A stretch of 64,000 nt of DNA from Nemertoderma westbladi (GCA_032718475.1 JAUCBJ010006683.1:1-64000), one strand, 5' to 3'. Shown: positions 13,573 to 25,018, counted from the stretch's first letter. Made by a program: numbers and translations. The notes: generated by a model not told the origin, from the letters alone.

Positions 13573-13796
13573 ATCAGTCGGGAGAGACGACGCCGACACG
13601 GACCCCGGACGAAGAGCTAACGATCCGCGAGGCCGCAACCAGACGGTACAGGCCCACAACGCCGGACCCATCGGTAACGGGTCATCCGGCAGTTCAGGAT
13701 GAGGGGGTCCGTCTGGAACCCGAGGTCGAGCCGAGAGAAGGAGAGAGCGAGACGGAGAGAGAAGGAGACGAGTCGACACGGGACGTAGGTCGACGT

Positions 13797-14018
13797 ACCG
13801 ACGTCGCCGGCCAGCCACAGGCCGAGGGCGACGAGCGGCCCACCGAAACGGCGACGGTGGGGCCGACGGTACGACGCCGGACCCGGAGAGATGGAGGAGA
13901 TGTTGGTACTGATGTCGCCGGCCAGCCACGGGCCGAGGGCGACGAACGGCCCACCGGAACAGCGACGGTGGGGCCGGCGGTACGACGTCGGACCCGGAGG
14001 GACGGAGGAGAGGTCGGC
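13797..14018 (+). repeat. Two tandem 111-bp (37-aa) repeats in the gag 5' region
   Basis: TDVAGQPQAEGDERPTETATVGPTVRRRTRRDGGDVG followed by TDVAGQPRAEGDERPTGTATVGPAVRRRTRRDGGEVG. Confidence 0.9.
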
Positions 14019-15409
14019 GACGAGGACGTCGGGGTTTCTGAACGACTTCGACGGGCCTACATCACGACCCGGAGACTATTAGAGGAGGCCAGAGGAGGGG
14101 CGACGATAGACAAGGTAAAACTAAAGAAAGGACTAGGTGAGTCGAATAGACATTTTAACTATTTAATGCAATTCGGACAGAGAGAAATGGCCGAAGAGAG
14201 AGCGAGAGGGGTTGCCGAGGAACTGTATGACTTATGGCGGTGTAGGGGTATGGAACCTAGCGTAGTGTACGTAGGGCCATACTTAGTCGATGGCCGGGGA
14301 GTAAAATTAGTGGGTTGGAGGGGACCTGAAGGGGGCGAATCCGAGGTTAACCCCGAGGATTCGGCCTCGTCGGTCGGAGGAAGTTCCGAGAGGCGGGGGA
14401 AAGTTAGTAGGATGGGAAGGCGGAGGGAATTCGTCACAACCGATAAGTCTGCTACATCCTCCGTAAAAGAAAGACGGGTGAGAGAGATAAATGCCACGTA
14501 CCATCTCGACCTGATAGAGCAAGGTCAAAGGGAAATGGATAAACGGTTAGAGGAGTGGAGAACGCGGCTAGAGAGGGAAACGGCATTGATTAGAGAAACC
14601 GGAGAGAGGGCCGAAAGGGCCTTGAAAAGCCTTAGGGAGTGTGAGGAAATAGAGAGGAGGGAACAAGAAAAGCGTGAGGCGGAACGTAAGGAACGTGTAG
14701 CGAGAGAGGAAAACTAGCGCAAAGAACGGGAGGTGAGAGAGGAGGGTGAACGCAGAGAGCGTGAGGCGAGACGAAGGGAGGGAGCTAGAAGAAAGTTGGA
14801 ATTGGCCGAGCAAAGCAAACGGGAGTGTAGGGAGAGAATGGCAAGGGAGGAGTGTGAGCGAAAAGAATTAGAGAGACGCCAAAGTGAGCTTATGGAGCAT
14901 AAGATTAGACGCACGCGCGAGCTGCAACTGGCGCGGGCGGGGGCATCTGAAAGCGGGGCCGACTCGAGTATTTTCGAGGAGCCGGGGGCCGTGGATACAT
15001 TTATTAATACCCCACTTACAGGGACCGCACGACAGACCCAAAACTGGTGTGACCGTACGGGCGGGGGGGGGGGGGGGGTAATAACAATAATGCTACAGTA
15101 GACGTCGTTAATATTAATAGTACCGTATGGGATAACTCTAACCAAACCTTTATTGCAGCAAATAATACTTTACCTAGTAGCAGTAATTTAAATTTAAATA
15201 CAAATAATAATTTCGATTTGAACGTGCAAAATAATCCGAATAATAATTTAAATTTAGAAAATAATAATAATTCAAATAATTTAAATAATGATCCAAGCCC
15301 GAATTTACAAAATAATTCAAATGATTTTGTTTCAAACGAACAAATTAATTCCGTTTCCAATATGGGTGCTATTAACGTAAACACGTCGGGCGTGTATGGC
15401 CAGGCAGAC

Positions 15410-15650
15410 GGGGGCCTGGTAGCCCGTATAATTGGTAGGCCGGAAGTGGCGGGGTTGAGCCAACCCAGAGAGGGCCTGGTAGGCCACGTAGTTGGTAGGC
15501 AGGGAGTGGCTGGGTTGGGTAGACCCAGTGAGGGCCTGGTAGGCCACGTAGTTGGTAGGCAGGGAGTGGCTGGGTCGGGTAGACCCAGCGAGGGCCTGGT
15601 AGGCCACGTAGTTGGTAGGCAGGGAGTAGAGGGCCTGGTAGGCCACGCAA
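15410..15650 (+). repeat. 60-bp (20-aa) tandem repeat in gag, about 4 copies
   Basis: GAGGGCCTGGTAGGCCACGTAGTTGGTAGGCAGGGAGTGG recurs every 60 bp, encoding EGLVGHVVGRQGVAGxGRPS. Confidence 0.9.
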
Positions 15651-18037
15651 TAGCAGAGGGAGAGGCGGGGGTGAATAGACCCGACCGTGGTAGGGTTGAT
15701 GTGTCGACTAGAGAGGGATATAGTAGCGGGGTGAGGGATAGCGAAGTTAGATGTGGCGAGTGGGGGGGGGGGGGCTACAGGGGCCCCACAACAGCGAGTT
15801 AGCGGCAAAAAGGGGGGGGCAGAGAGTGTCCCACAGACGTCAATGGATAATGCGCGGGCCGAAATAGGTAAACCGCAACACCCGGCGACGGAGAGTAATA
15901 GGGGGATTGTGAGTATCCCCAGCGGCGTGCGACCAAGCAGAGAGATACAGGTTGACGTCGTGAGAGGGCGGACGAAGCGTCGAGCCCGATCAGAAGAGGG
16001 AAGAAGAACAGTGGGGTTTAACCGGGAGGTCGACGAGAGATCTCACGAGCGGGAATACTCCACTGAAAGGAGAAGAAGAGAAGACAGTAGTAGAAGCATC
16101 GCCGCGAACGATAGAAGAGCGAGGACGGATAGCGAGCCGTCGGTAGTCGAGATGAGAACGGAGAGTCAGTGGGGTCGGACTCCGGGAGATTGCCGTCGCC
16201 CCGGAGAGATGCGACCTGGTGAGGCGTATTACGCGCCAATGGAGGGGTACGCGATGTACCGGTACGAAGACGAGAACAGTAGAGGGGGGGGGGGGGGGTC
16301 GAAGAGAAACTTTCCGACCGAATACACCTACCGACCGAGAATACGGTAGCCGCAGGGAGGACTGTTCGAGAAGAATAAACTTCGATCCCGAGCGACACAT
16401 GCGACTGTAGGACATACTGTAGGCCTTACTGCACATACCATAGGCCATGCTGACAGAGGCAATGTAGGCGATAGGATAGCGCGGACAACGGGATTAAACC
16501 CAGAAGTCGCGGAATACATACCGGCGGGTAGGCCAGGAGCTGATAGGCCTATACTGGTACCAGTACAGCAGTATGACTACAGCATGCAGGGACATAACAT
16601 ATACCCAGGGGAGGGGGGAATTATTGCGGATAGGTGTATGGGCCCCAACATATTAACATCAACCCCAGTACCAAACATACCGGTGGGGGGGGGGGGGGGG
16701 GCAGGGTGACATTCCCCCATCACAATATCAACAATATACCCCGATAGGAGCAAGAACAACGAGTCCCTTGGATGAAAATAGATCGTGTGATACAGAAATA
16801 TGGAGGGGGCCGCTACCCCCAATGATATACCCAAGTCAAAGAAAGTCAAGGAATAGGACGGACGGGCCGCATCAGACAGGAGAAACCATACAGCATCCAT
16901 CGAACCCATTGGAAGCGCAGGCGATGGGGATGGCCACGTTGATCGATGCGTTGAAAACGAGGATCGAGTTACCACCCGTGGAACCATTCAAATTCGATGG
17001 GAGTAGGCCGGAAGAATATGTACAGTTTCGGCGCATGTATAGTAACGAAATACTAACAAAGAACTTGACGCAGGCGGAGTGCCTAAAGTATCTGCAAGTA
17101 TACACGGGAGGCCCAGCATACGATATCGTGAGGCAATATCAAGGCATAGAGGGCGGTTTCACGACAGCATGGCGGGCACTGGACAGGGAATACGGGCACC
17201 CGGCCAAGATCACCAGACAGACACTGAGAGGCATAACATCGGGTGGCCTACAGGATAATCCCGTTAGCATTAAGACGTTCGCTAACAAAGTCGAAAAGGC
17301 GCTAATCGTGCTGAAGACGCTAGACGCGCCATCCGAGCTCAACGCGTCCAATAACATCACCACGATAGCGCAGGCACTACCGAACTGGCTGCGCAACAAG
17401 TGGAGGAAAATCGCTTTCTCCACTCGAGACAAGAAGGGTGTGGAACCGGGTTTAGAAGAAATGTCAAGCTTCTTAAACTACGAGGCTGAACTAATAACTG
17501 ACCCAGTCTATAGCGAAGATAGCCTGGGAAAGGGACCGAAGACGGATTACCATAGACTGAAACCAGAGCACAATACATCAAACGCATTACCGAGGCTCAG
17601 GCAATCATTGCCATATGCAGCGACGCAGGGGACTACGAGTCCACAGCTAGCCGAAGATAAGACCACACCATGGAACGGACAGGGGAACAATAACAACACG
17701 AATAAATATAACCCCAGTACGTCCAGTAGGCCGAATCCAAACAATAAGAATAGTAGGGACTTTGGTACAAACGCAGCTGCGATACGCGATGCACTGTATA
17801 AGGAGGGCTACGACCCAAAGAGCAAATGCCAGCTACACGCAAATGCGCTTCATCAAACCATGAACTGCAGGTACTGGCAGGCGCTACCTAGGCAAGATCA
17901 GATAGATTATGCGTTGAGCAATAAGATCTGCTCGCGATGTGTGATGAGTGGACATAGAGCTAGGGAATGCAAGGAGAAGCTGGTAAAGTTCGGTCAAAGG
18001 AGAGGCCAAACGATGGCAACGAAGAGGAGAGCGAACG

Positions 18038-21000
18038 GTGTTACATGGAGTAGTACCCGTGCGAGTGATTGGAGAAGGCAATCGATCAGTAACAACATTA
18101 ATGCTGGTTGATAGTGGAGCTGCCTTCACATTAGTCGAGGAATGGGTGGCCGAAGAGATAGGATTGAGAACGAGGCCAAGCAGAATGGCGGTAACAACCA
18201 TCTCTAGCAAAGATGAGATCCTGGAGATGAGAACCGGACGGTGCGCAATTGCAGCAGTGGCACCGGGATGTGACTATGGGGCAACCATCGACCCCATCCA
18301 AGTGATAGAGTCAATTAATATCAATGCCAGGCGGCCAACCAACATCGAGGTCGAGCAATATAAATTCCTGGACGACATTGACTTCTCAATCCCAGATATG
18401 GACGTTAGGAAGGTATCCATCATAGTAGGAATGGACTGCCCAACAGCCCACGAAAGAATGCAAACGGTCTTCGGCGAAGACAAGCAGTGTGACCCGGTGG
18501 CGATATTAAAACCATTCGGGTGGACGCTGAGTGGCCCAATCAAGAGCAAGATACCATTTAGGATGTCGGAGACATCAGGATGCATGTTCGCGGGAACAAT
18601 GCAAGAAATGGGTGATGAGGGAGCAGAGGAGCAGCTTAAAAGACTGCTCAGGCAAGATTTCGAGGGACTGAAAGAGACCGGGGTCGGGACCTCGGTAGAA
18701 GACAAGCAGGCTTTACAAAGTGTGGAGGAATCGATGACATGCGATGAGGGGCGGTATACTATAGGAATGGTATGGAAATTACCGAAAATACCACTGCCCG
18801 ATAATAGAGGGATGGTACTCACGAGACTCCGCAAGCTGAAACAAACACTAAAACGGAGCCCCGAAAAGAATGAGTACATCCACAGAACGATTAAGAAGTA
18901 CGTCGAGAAAGGGTGGGCCGTGGAGTTACCGGTCGACGAACTGAACACGGACAGGACATATTACCTGCCACTCCACGTGGCTTTAGACCCAAAGAAAGGT
19001 AAACTGCGGATGGTAGTTGACGCATCAGCAAAGACCAACGGAAAATGCTTAAACGACTATCTGTTAGAAGGTCCAAACATATACAACTCGGGCATAGAGG
19101 TCCTACTTAGATTTAGGAATGGGAAACACGCCTTCACGTGTGACATAGAAGGCATGTTCAACCAAGTCCGCGTAACGGAGGAAGATAGCGACAGTCAACG
19201 CTTCTTATGGTATAACGGCGAGGAAGAACCGTCGATAATACCGGCATATAAGATGGTAGTACAAAACATGGGAGCCAAGTCGTCTTCATTTACGACGACT
19301 ATGGCAGTGAGAGATACAGTGAAGGGGAAGGAAGATAGATACAGCACTAGGGCCGTCGATATGATTCGACGCGGCTTCTACGTAGACGACGGAATGGAGT
19401 CTGGAAATACGGTTAAGGAGATACTGGACACAGGGCGCGAGGTTCGCGACATCCTAAAAGGATCCGGCTTTAACCTGACCAAATTCCAATCCAGTTCGGA
19501 AGAATTTATCAAGGCGATAGAGGACAAGAGACCAGAATCGACCATGGATAATCCCACAACAGCCAAAGGGCAGGACATGGCGAACAAGAGGACAGAATCT
19601 CAACAGAAGGCACTGGGAATTGTATGGAACAGAGAGACAGACGAACTGAAGTATCAGCTGAGCCAGGAGGGCGCAGACATCCACACGAAGAGGGGCTATG
19701 TGTCGTACATAGCAAGGATATACGATCCCCTAGGTCTAGCATCCCCATTATTAGTCACGGGGAAACAGATACTCAAAAGAGTATACAAATTGAAGGATGA
19801 GTGGGACGTAGAGGTACCAGAGGAAATCAAGAAACAGTGGAGTAAGTGGACAGGAGACTTGGAGAAGATGGGAACATACAACATGCCACGAGTGTATTTC
19901 CCGGATGGGAACATGACGAATCTGGACCTACACATGTTCTCCGATGCGTCGTTGGAGGCGTACGGAGCGGCACTCTATTTAGTACAACGAGAGGGGGCTC
20001 ACAAGCCCAGACTGGCCTTTAGCAAAGCAAAGTCAACGCCGCCAGATTCAGTATCAGTTCCCAAGTTAGAATTGACAGCTGCGAGACTAGGAGTTAGAGC
20101 CACAGCCTACCTAGTGGATACTATTCCCAACATAGTGGAGACACACTACTGGACGGACTCCATGGTAGTGCTTGGTTGGCTACATAACGAAAGGACGAGA
20201 TACCCAATATTCGTCGCGAATAGAGTGGACGAAATAAGGGCGACCACAGAACTGGAAAGGTGGCACTACTGCCCAACGGACGAGAACCCAGCGGACTTGT
20301 TGTCGAGGGGCGTGGTACGCCACACTTTCTTGAAGAAGGAAGTATTGTGGCAACATGGGCCACAATTTCTGAGCGACAAGGAGGCCTGGCCGCCGATGAG
20401 AAAGGTGGACCCGGACTCAGGAGAGGTAGTGTCAGAAGGAGAAGAGGGAGATTCAGAGGGAGAAGAGATATACTCCCAGATGGTGAGGGAGATTAGGGAC
20501 GTGCAACCAAAATCAGAAGAACTGTGCGATAACCCGACAGACAAACTCCTCAGCTACAGCTCTAGTTGGTATAAGACCAAGAAATTAGTGGCGTACTGGA
20601 GAGCCTTCGGGAATTTCCTCGCGGGAGTTGGCAAAGACAAGAAGATCAGAACATCCATAGATCTGGAAGGAGCGGCCAAGGCAGTCATCCGCTATGAACA
20701 ATGGAAGAACTATGGCGACGAGGTGGAACGCGTCGGTAACCAACAGCACCTCCGACGGGACAGCGAGCTGATCACGCTGTCGCCACAACTTAATGACGAC
20801 AGGATTCTAGTAATGAATTCTAGGGTGGGATACAACAACAGCATAATCATACCGCCGAAACCCATCATCATTCCAACAGGATCGCCAATAGTTCACCAGA
20901 TTATCTGGGACTCCCATAAGTCGATATTGCACGGGGGCACCAACCGAACTCTCACGGAGATAAGGAGGACCTATTGGGTCAAGCAGCTGAGGAAGAAGGT

Positions 21001-22024
21001 AAAAGCGGTAGTGGGGCAGTGCCAGACCTGCCAACGAGCGAAGAGGGAGAGAGCCATACAAGAGATGGCACCACTACCAGCGAGTAGAGTAAGACAGCAC
21101 GACCCGCCATTTACACATTGCGGTGTGGACATGTTCGGGCCGATAAAGATCAATGTGATGCGGCACACGGAGAAACGCTACGGTATTATCTTCGTATGTA
21201 ACAACACACGGGCAGTAGGGATAGAACTCGCCCAAGATGCAACCGCATCAGCATTCATTAATGCTTTAGAAAGGTTTAGAGACCGCAAAGGTGGGACGAT
21301 CGCAGTGATATACAGCGACAACGGCACCAATTTTGTGGGGGCAGAGAATGAGATGGCAGAGGCCTTGGACATCATGGAAGGGGAGGAAGTCAGGGCGGCC
21401 ATGAGACGATGACAAGTAAAGTGGGAGAGAAGGACGCCGTATGCACCACATACACTAGGATGCGTCGAGAGACTGGTGGGCAGTTCAAAGCGTCTAATGA
21501 CGAAGCTAATGAACACCCACATGGTCACTGAGGACGTCTTAAGGACAGTGCTTGCGAAGTGCGAGGGGATCATTAATAGCAGACCGCTATATCCGGAGAA
21601 TGATGACCCTGAGTCATTAGATGTGCTGACACCCAGCCATTTTCTAATGGAAAGGCCAGCGACCATCGACATGCGGGGTGTAGATCCAGACGACATACAC
21701 TCCCGCCAAAGTTGGAAAGTCGCTAAAGCAATAAGCGCAGAGTATTGGAGGAGGTGGGTAGAAGAATACCTACCCACGCTCCATAAAAGAAGCAAGTAGA
21801 GGAAGCCGAATAGGGAGTTAAGAGTAGGAGATCTCGTAATCGTTACGGATGATACTATCATCAACAACCAGTGGCGGTTGGCGAGAGTTGTAGGCACTTA
21901 CTCCGATGAGGACGGAAGAGTCCGATCGGTAGAAGTGCGGATAGGTGGTAAGATAGGAGCGAAGGACAGAAAAACCTACAGGAGAGCTGTAGGGAAATGC
22001 TGTCTGTTAGAAGGGGCACCTTAG
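18038..22024 (+). pseudogene. pol: BEL/Pao pol polyprotein: aspartic protease, RT, RNase H, integrase and DUF5641-like C-terminus; two in-frame stops
   Basis: PR LVDSG (about 18110); RT YVDDG (about 19379); RH LHMFSDAS, ELTAA, WTDS; IN H-H-C-C zinc finger, GVDMFGP, SDNG, ERLV. The frame continues past TGA 21410-21412 and TAG 21797-21799 (replacing W in RSKW) through LRVGDLV..W.LARV..DGRVRSVEV to TAG 22022-22024. Confidence 0.95.
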
Positions 22025-22139
22025 TGGAGTTAGAGAAGAGTTTAGTCGTCCAAGCTTTGGACTGAGGGGGGTGGGATTGAGGGCGAGACGCCCTTCCCAC
22101 ACATAAAAAATAGAAAATAAAAATAAAATAATAGTACAT

Positions 22140-22590
22140 AGTAGGTACGCAGTTAGTAGGCAGAAGTTAGTCAGTAAGAAGGTACGTAGTACCTAGAGTT
22201 AGTTAGTTAGTTAGGAGGTACGTAGTACCTAGAGTTAGTTAGTTAGTTAGGAGGTACGTAGTACCGTTAGTTAGGAGAGAGTTAGAGGGTACGTAGTACC
22301 GTGAGTTAGAGGATACGTAGTACCGTTAGTTAGAGAGTTAGAGGGTACGTAGTACCGATAGTTAGAGAAGAGTTAGAGGGTACGTAGTACCGTTAGTTAG
22401 AGAAGAGTTAGAGGGTACGTAGTACCGTTAGTTAGAGAGAGAGTAAGAGTTAGAGGGTACGTAGTGCCGTTAGTTAGAGAGAGAGTAAGAGTTAGAGGGT
22501 ACGTAGTACCGTTAGTTAGAGAGAGAATAAGAGTTAGAGGGTACGTAGTACCGTTAGTTAGAGAGAGAGTAAGAGGTAGAAGGGTATATA
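22140..22590 (+). repeat. Internal tandem array, about 11 units of 25-45 bp, core GGTACGTAGTACC with GTTAGTTAG/GA spacers
   Basis: Cores at about 22181, 22217, 22253, 22288, 22312, 22344, 22379, 22414, 22456, 22498 and 22540. The core is an inverted repeat GGTAC-GTA-GTACC. Confidence 0.92.
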
Positions 22591-22968
22591 ATATAGATAT
22601 TAATTAGCAGTTAGTAGCGAGAGGGGGGCATATGAGTACAGTTGGATAGATCGTGTAGGCCGCGCGACATATACTGCTGTACTGCACAGGCCCACAGAGT
22701 AGGCCAGAATGTGGATTAGGAGATAGAATAATCCATAGGCATTAGCAAGTAATAGGACAGTAGGATTAAAATCAAAATAAAATTAGAATAAGAATAGGGC
22801 TAAGAAGGGGAACAAATTATAGTAACAGTAGTAAGAATAGGCAATAACTCAGAAATTCAGAAAGAGATAGGCCATCGAACTGAACTTAAACCACCTAAAC
22901 CCATCACTCATCACGTTTGCGCCTTGGCAAGGCACCACCTACGGGTGAGCGATCGGGCAGAGTTCGAG

Positions 22969-24316
22969 ATGGCAGGCAAACTTGTGAGAGAGGAGAGAAG
23001 CAGAGGAGAGGGAGGAGGAAGCTAGGGCGCAGAGCTACGGCTTCGAGGAACAAGCAGCCTTAGACTAACTTCGTTGGGCTTCGTCAGGGAGTTTGGGGGA
23101 GTCTCTAGGGAAAGAACTGGGGTGGACGGTGGGATCACCGAAACAGTCGACGTCGGGATTGCAAGCGATGCCCATACCAGCGGGCGCCGAGGGCGACCAA
23201 CCGCAAAGGAGGCTAGGGGAGCTTGAGGAATGGAGAGTTACGGGCAAGAACCAAGGCGGGAAGGGACATAGTGGGTCCACCAGGATACCGGGGTTGGAAC
23301 TCTGTGAGAGGAGGACGAGGACGACGACGGGTTCGGAGAGGATAGGCCACTCAAACACGGACTGGGTTGGCGGGAGGGTGGTGACGGCCAGTGGGGCGAG
23401 GGCCTTCTGGGACAGATCCGGCAAGCGGACCTGAGTGCACGAGGAGCCGGCGATGAATTTCGCGGGGAGCACTATCAGGTTGGGCGAGCAACCGGGGACG
23501 GCACCACGGGTAGTATTCGGGGAGACGATGCCCGAGAGGGGCGGAGAGATCGACGTTCGATCTCTCGAACGTTCGACTGCGACTCCACAGACCGCGGAGA
23601 TCGCTTGGGACGAAAGACGACGTGGGGCGGGAGACATTGGTACTCGGTTGCGACTACTGTGGGAGACAGACCCACCAGGAAAGGAGCTGTTTGTACCGGT
23701 TCCAAAAGGGAACCTTTTGTCTCTACTGCCGCGAGTCGAGCCACAGGATGGGGGCGTGTCCACGGTTGCATAACCGATGTCCGAAGTGCAACTTTTGGGG
23801 ACACTACGGACGCCAGTGCGACTGGATGGACGACAAAGAGAAGTTCAGAAGACGCGCCAGTGCATGAAGGCCCAGGAGTTCAAGTGGGGTTTCTTCCTTA
23901 TCAATCAGGAGGCTCACATGGAAATCATAAAGCGGAGGCTACCGTTTACCTATCAAGAGGTAGCAACGGCGGCGTCGTATGCCGGAGTGATGAATACACA
24001 AAGATATTTGGACAGGTGGACGCCACAGAACCGAGGGGAGTTTAGGGATTTCTTGGCGGAGCACATGCCGCGAGCAATGAAGATGATCCTATGGGACGCC
24101 ACCAGGGGGAGACAACAGGGCCACTCGGAGGGGCCACCGGCAAAGCGATATCGGGCACTAATAACACCAGCGCCCAAGGAGCCAGCAACCGGAATCAGTA
24201 GGGAGGTGGCGGCGAAAGTCCGAAGGCAGAAAGCGGATCCCAGAGGAGCGGTAGTAACCAAGAAACGACCCAGGGAAGAGGATGCCAGAGGGAACTACCT
24301 CCAGAGGGACAAATAG
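22969..24316 (+). pseudogene. Degraded accessory ORF downstream of pol encoding a triple CCHC zinc-knuckle protein
   Basis: Three exact C-x2-C-x4-H-x4-C motifs in 23649-23819. Flanking same-strand ORFs 23093-23434, 23435-23773 and 23777-24316 share one frame. ATG in GAGATGG context at 22969; AATAAA at 24422. Boundaries are inferred. Confidence 0.65.
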
Positions 24317-24989
24317 GTTCCCAGGGCCGGGGGAGAGAAGCTGAGACTTGGACGTGGTATGCCTGGAAGGCGCCGCGTGGGACGTACAAACTATTAAGTA
24401 CAAATTAAACTGATGCAAAATAATAAATAAGTGCAATTATATGTACGTACGTAGTAATCAGTAGTTTAGCAGTAAAATATATGTTCGAAGTAAGTACTAT
24501 AGTCATACAACCTTTCTCAATTAGCTACTGGGACTGGGGGGCTAACTGACTATGGCACTAGGGATGAGACGCCAGACGATTTCACACTTCTTGGGTGCGA
24601 CGGCACAAGAGGGGGGGGGGGGGGTGAGACTCGTCAGAAGGGATAGAGTAGTCAAAGAGAGACGGAGCAACAATGCGAAGTACGGAGAGAGTGCGGATGC
24701 AATTCTAGTGTGGGGAGGGAGGAATAAGAGGCTGAGTGAGGGACGAGGAGGTCCGAGGGTATGCGAGAGTTAGGGTGAGAATGGAGAAGAGATAGGGCGA
24801 AAGTGTTGGGAAAACAAAAGTCGCGTGAGAGGTGAGCGCGATCGGCCCGACAAGGGACGCTAGGCATACAGGGCAGCGTTATCATACCCATAGGGAGCAG
24901 CCTGGAAAGCCGGCTCCGAGAGAAAAGAATTCCACCCCACACCCGATACTAGATCGGGATCCAGCGGGATTGTAGCGCACTTTAGGTGG

Positions 24990-25018
24990 ATGCTATCTTC
25001 TCACCGGGAAGATAGCAT
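24990..25018 (+). other. Perfect 11-bp stem-loop immediately 5' of the PPT
   Basis: ATGCTATCTTC-TCACCGG-GAAGATAGCAT. Confidence 0.85.

Larger units (their letters stand above)
13557..18111 (+). pseudogene. gag: BEL/Pao gag with a very long low-complexity N-terminal extension, disrupted
   Basis: The frame opens at 13557. ORF pieces 13857-14717, 14733-15101, 15218-15802, 15753-16349, a continuation to about 16700, and 16768-18111 join through TAG stops (14715, 16347) and frameshifts at G-runs (15063, 15762, 16685). The C-terminal piece has DUF1759-like IELPPVEPFKFDG and Cys/His knuckles CQLH..H..C and CSRC..GH..C. Confidence 0.85.

Noticed and set aside
21410-21412. Programmed readthrough at the pol TGA
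   Set aside because: It falls inside the integrase core between catalytic residues and is best explained as a CGA-to-TGA mutation. A second nonsense change (TGG to TAG, 21797) also indicates decay.
13549-21897. Antisense ORFs across gag-pol (e.g. 18274-18948, 21178-21897)
   Set aside because: Shadow frames of the coding strand with no domains.
23065-23763. 232-aa antisense ORF in the accessory region
   Set aside because: S/P-rich shadow of a purine-rich sense strand. The sense strand carries the recognisable CCHC motifs.
22025-25018. env gene in the 3' extra region
   Set aside because: No signal peptide, transmembrane segment or glycoprotein-like ORF is visible.
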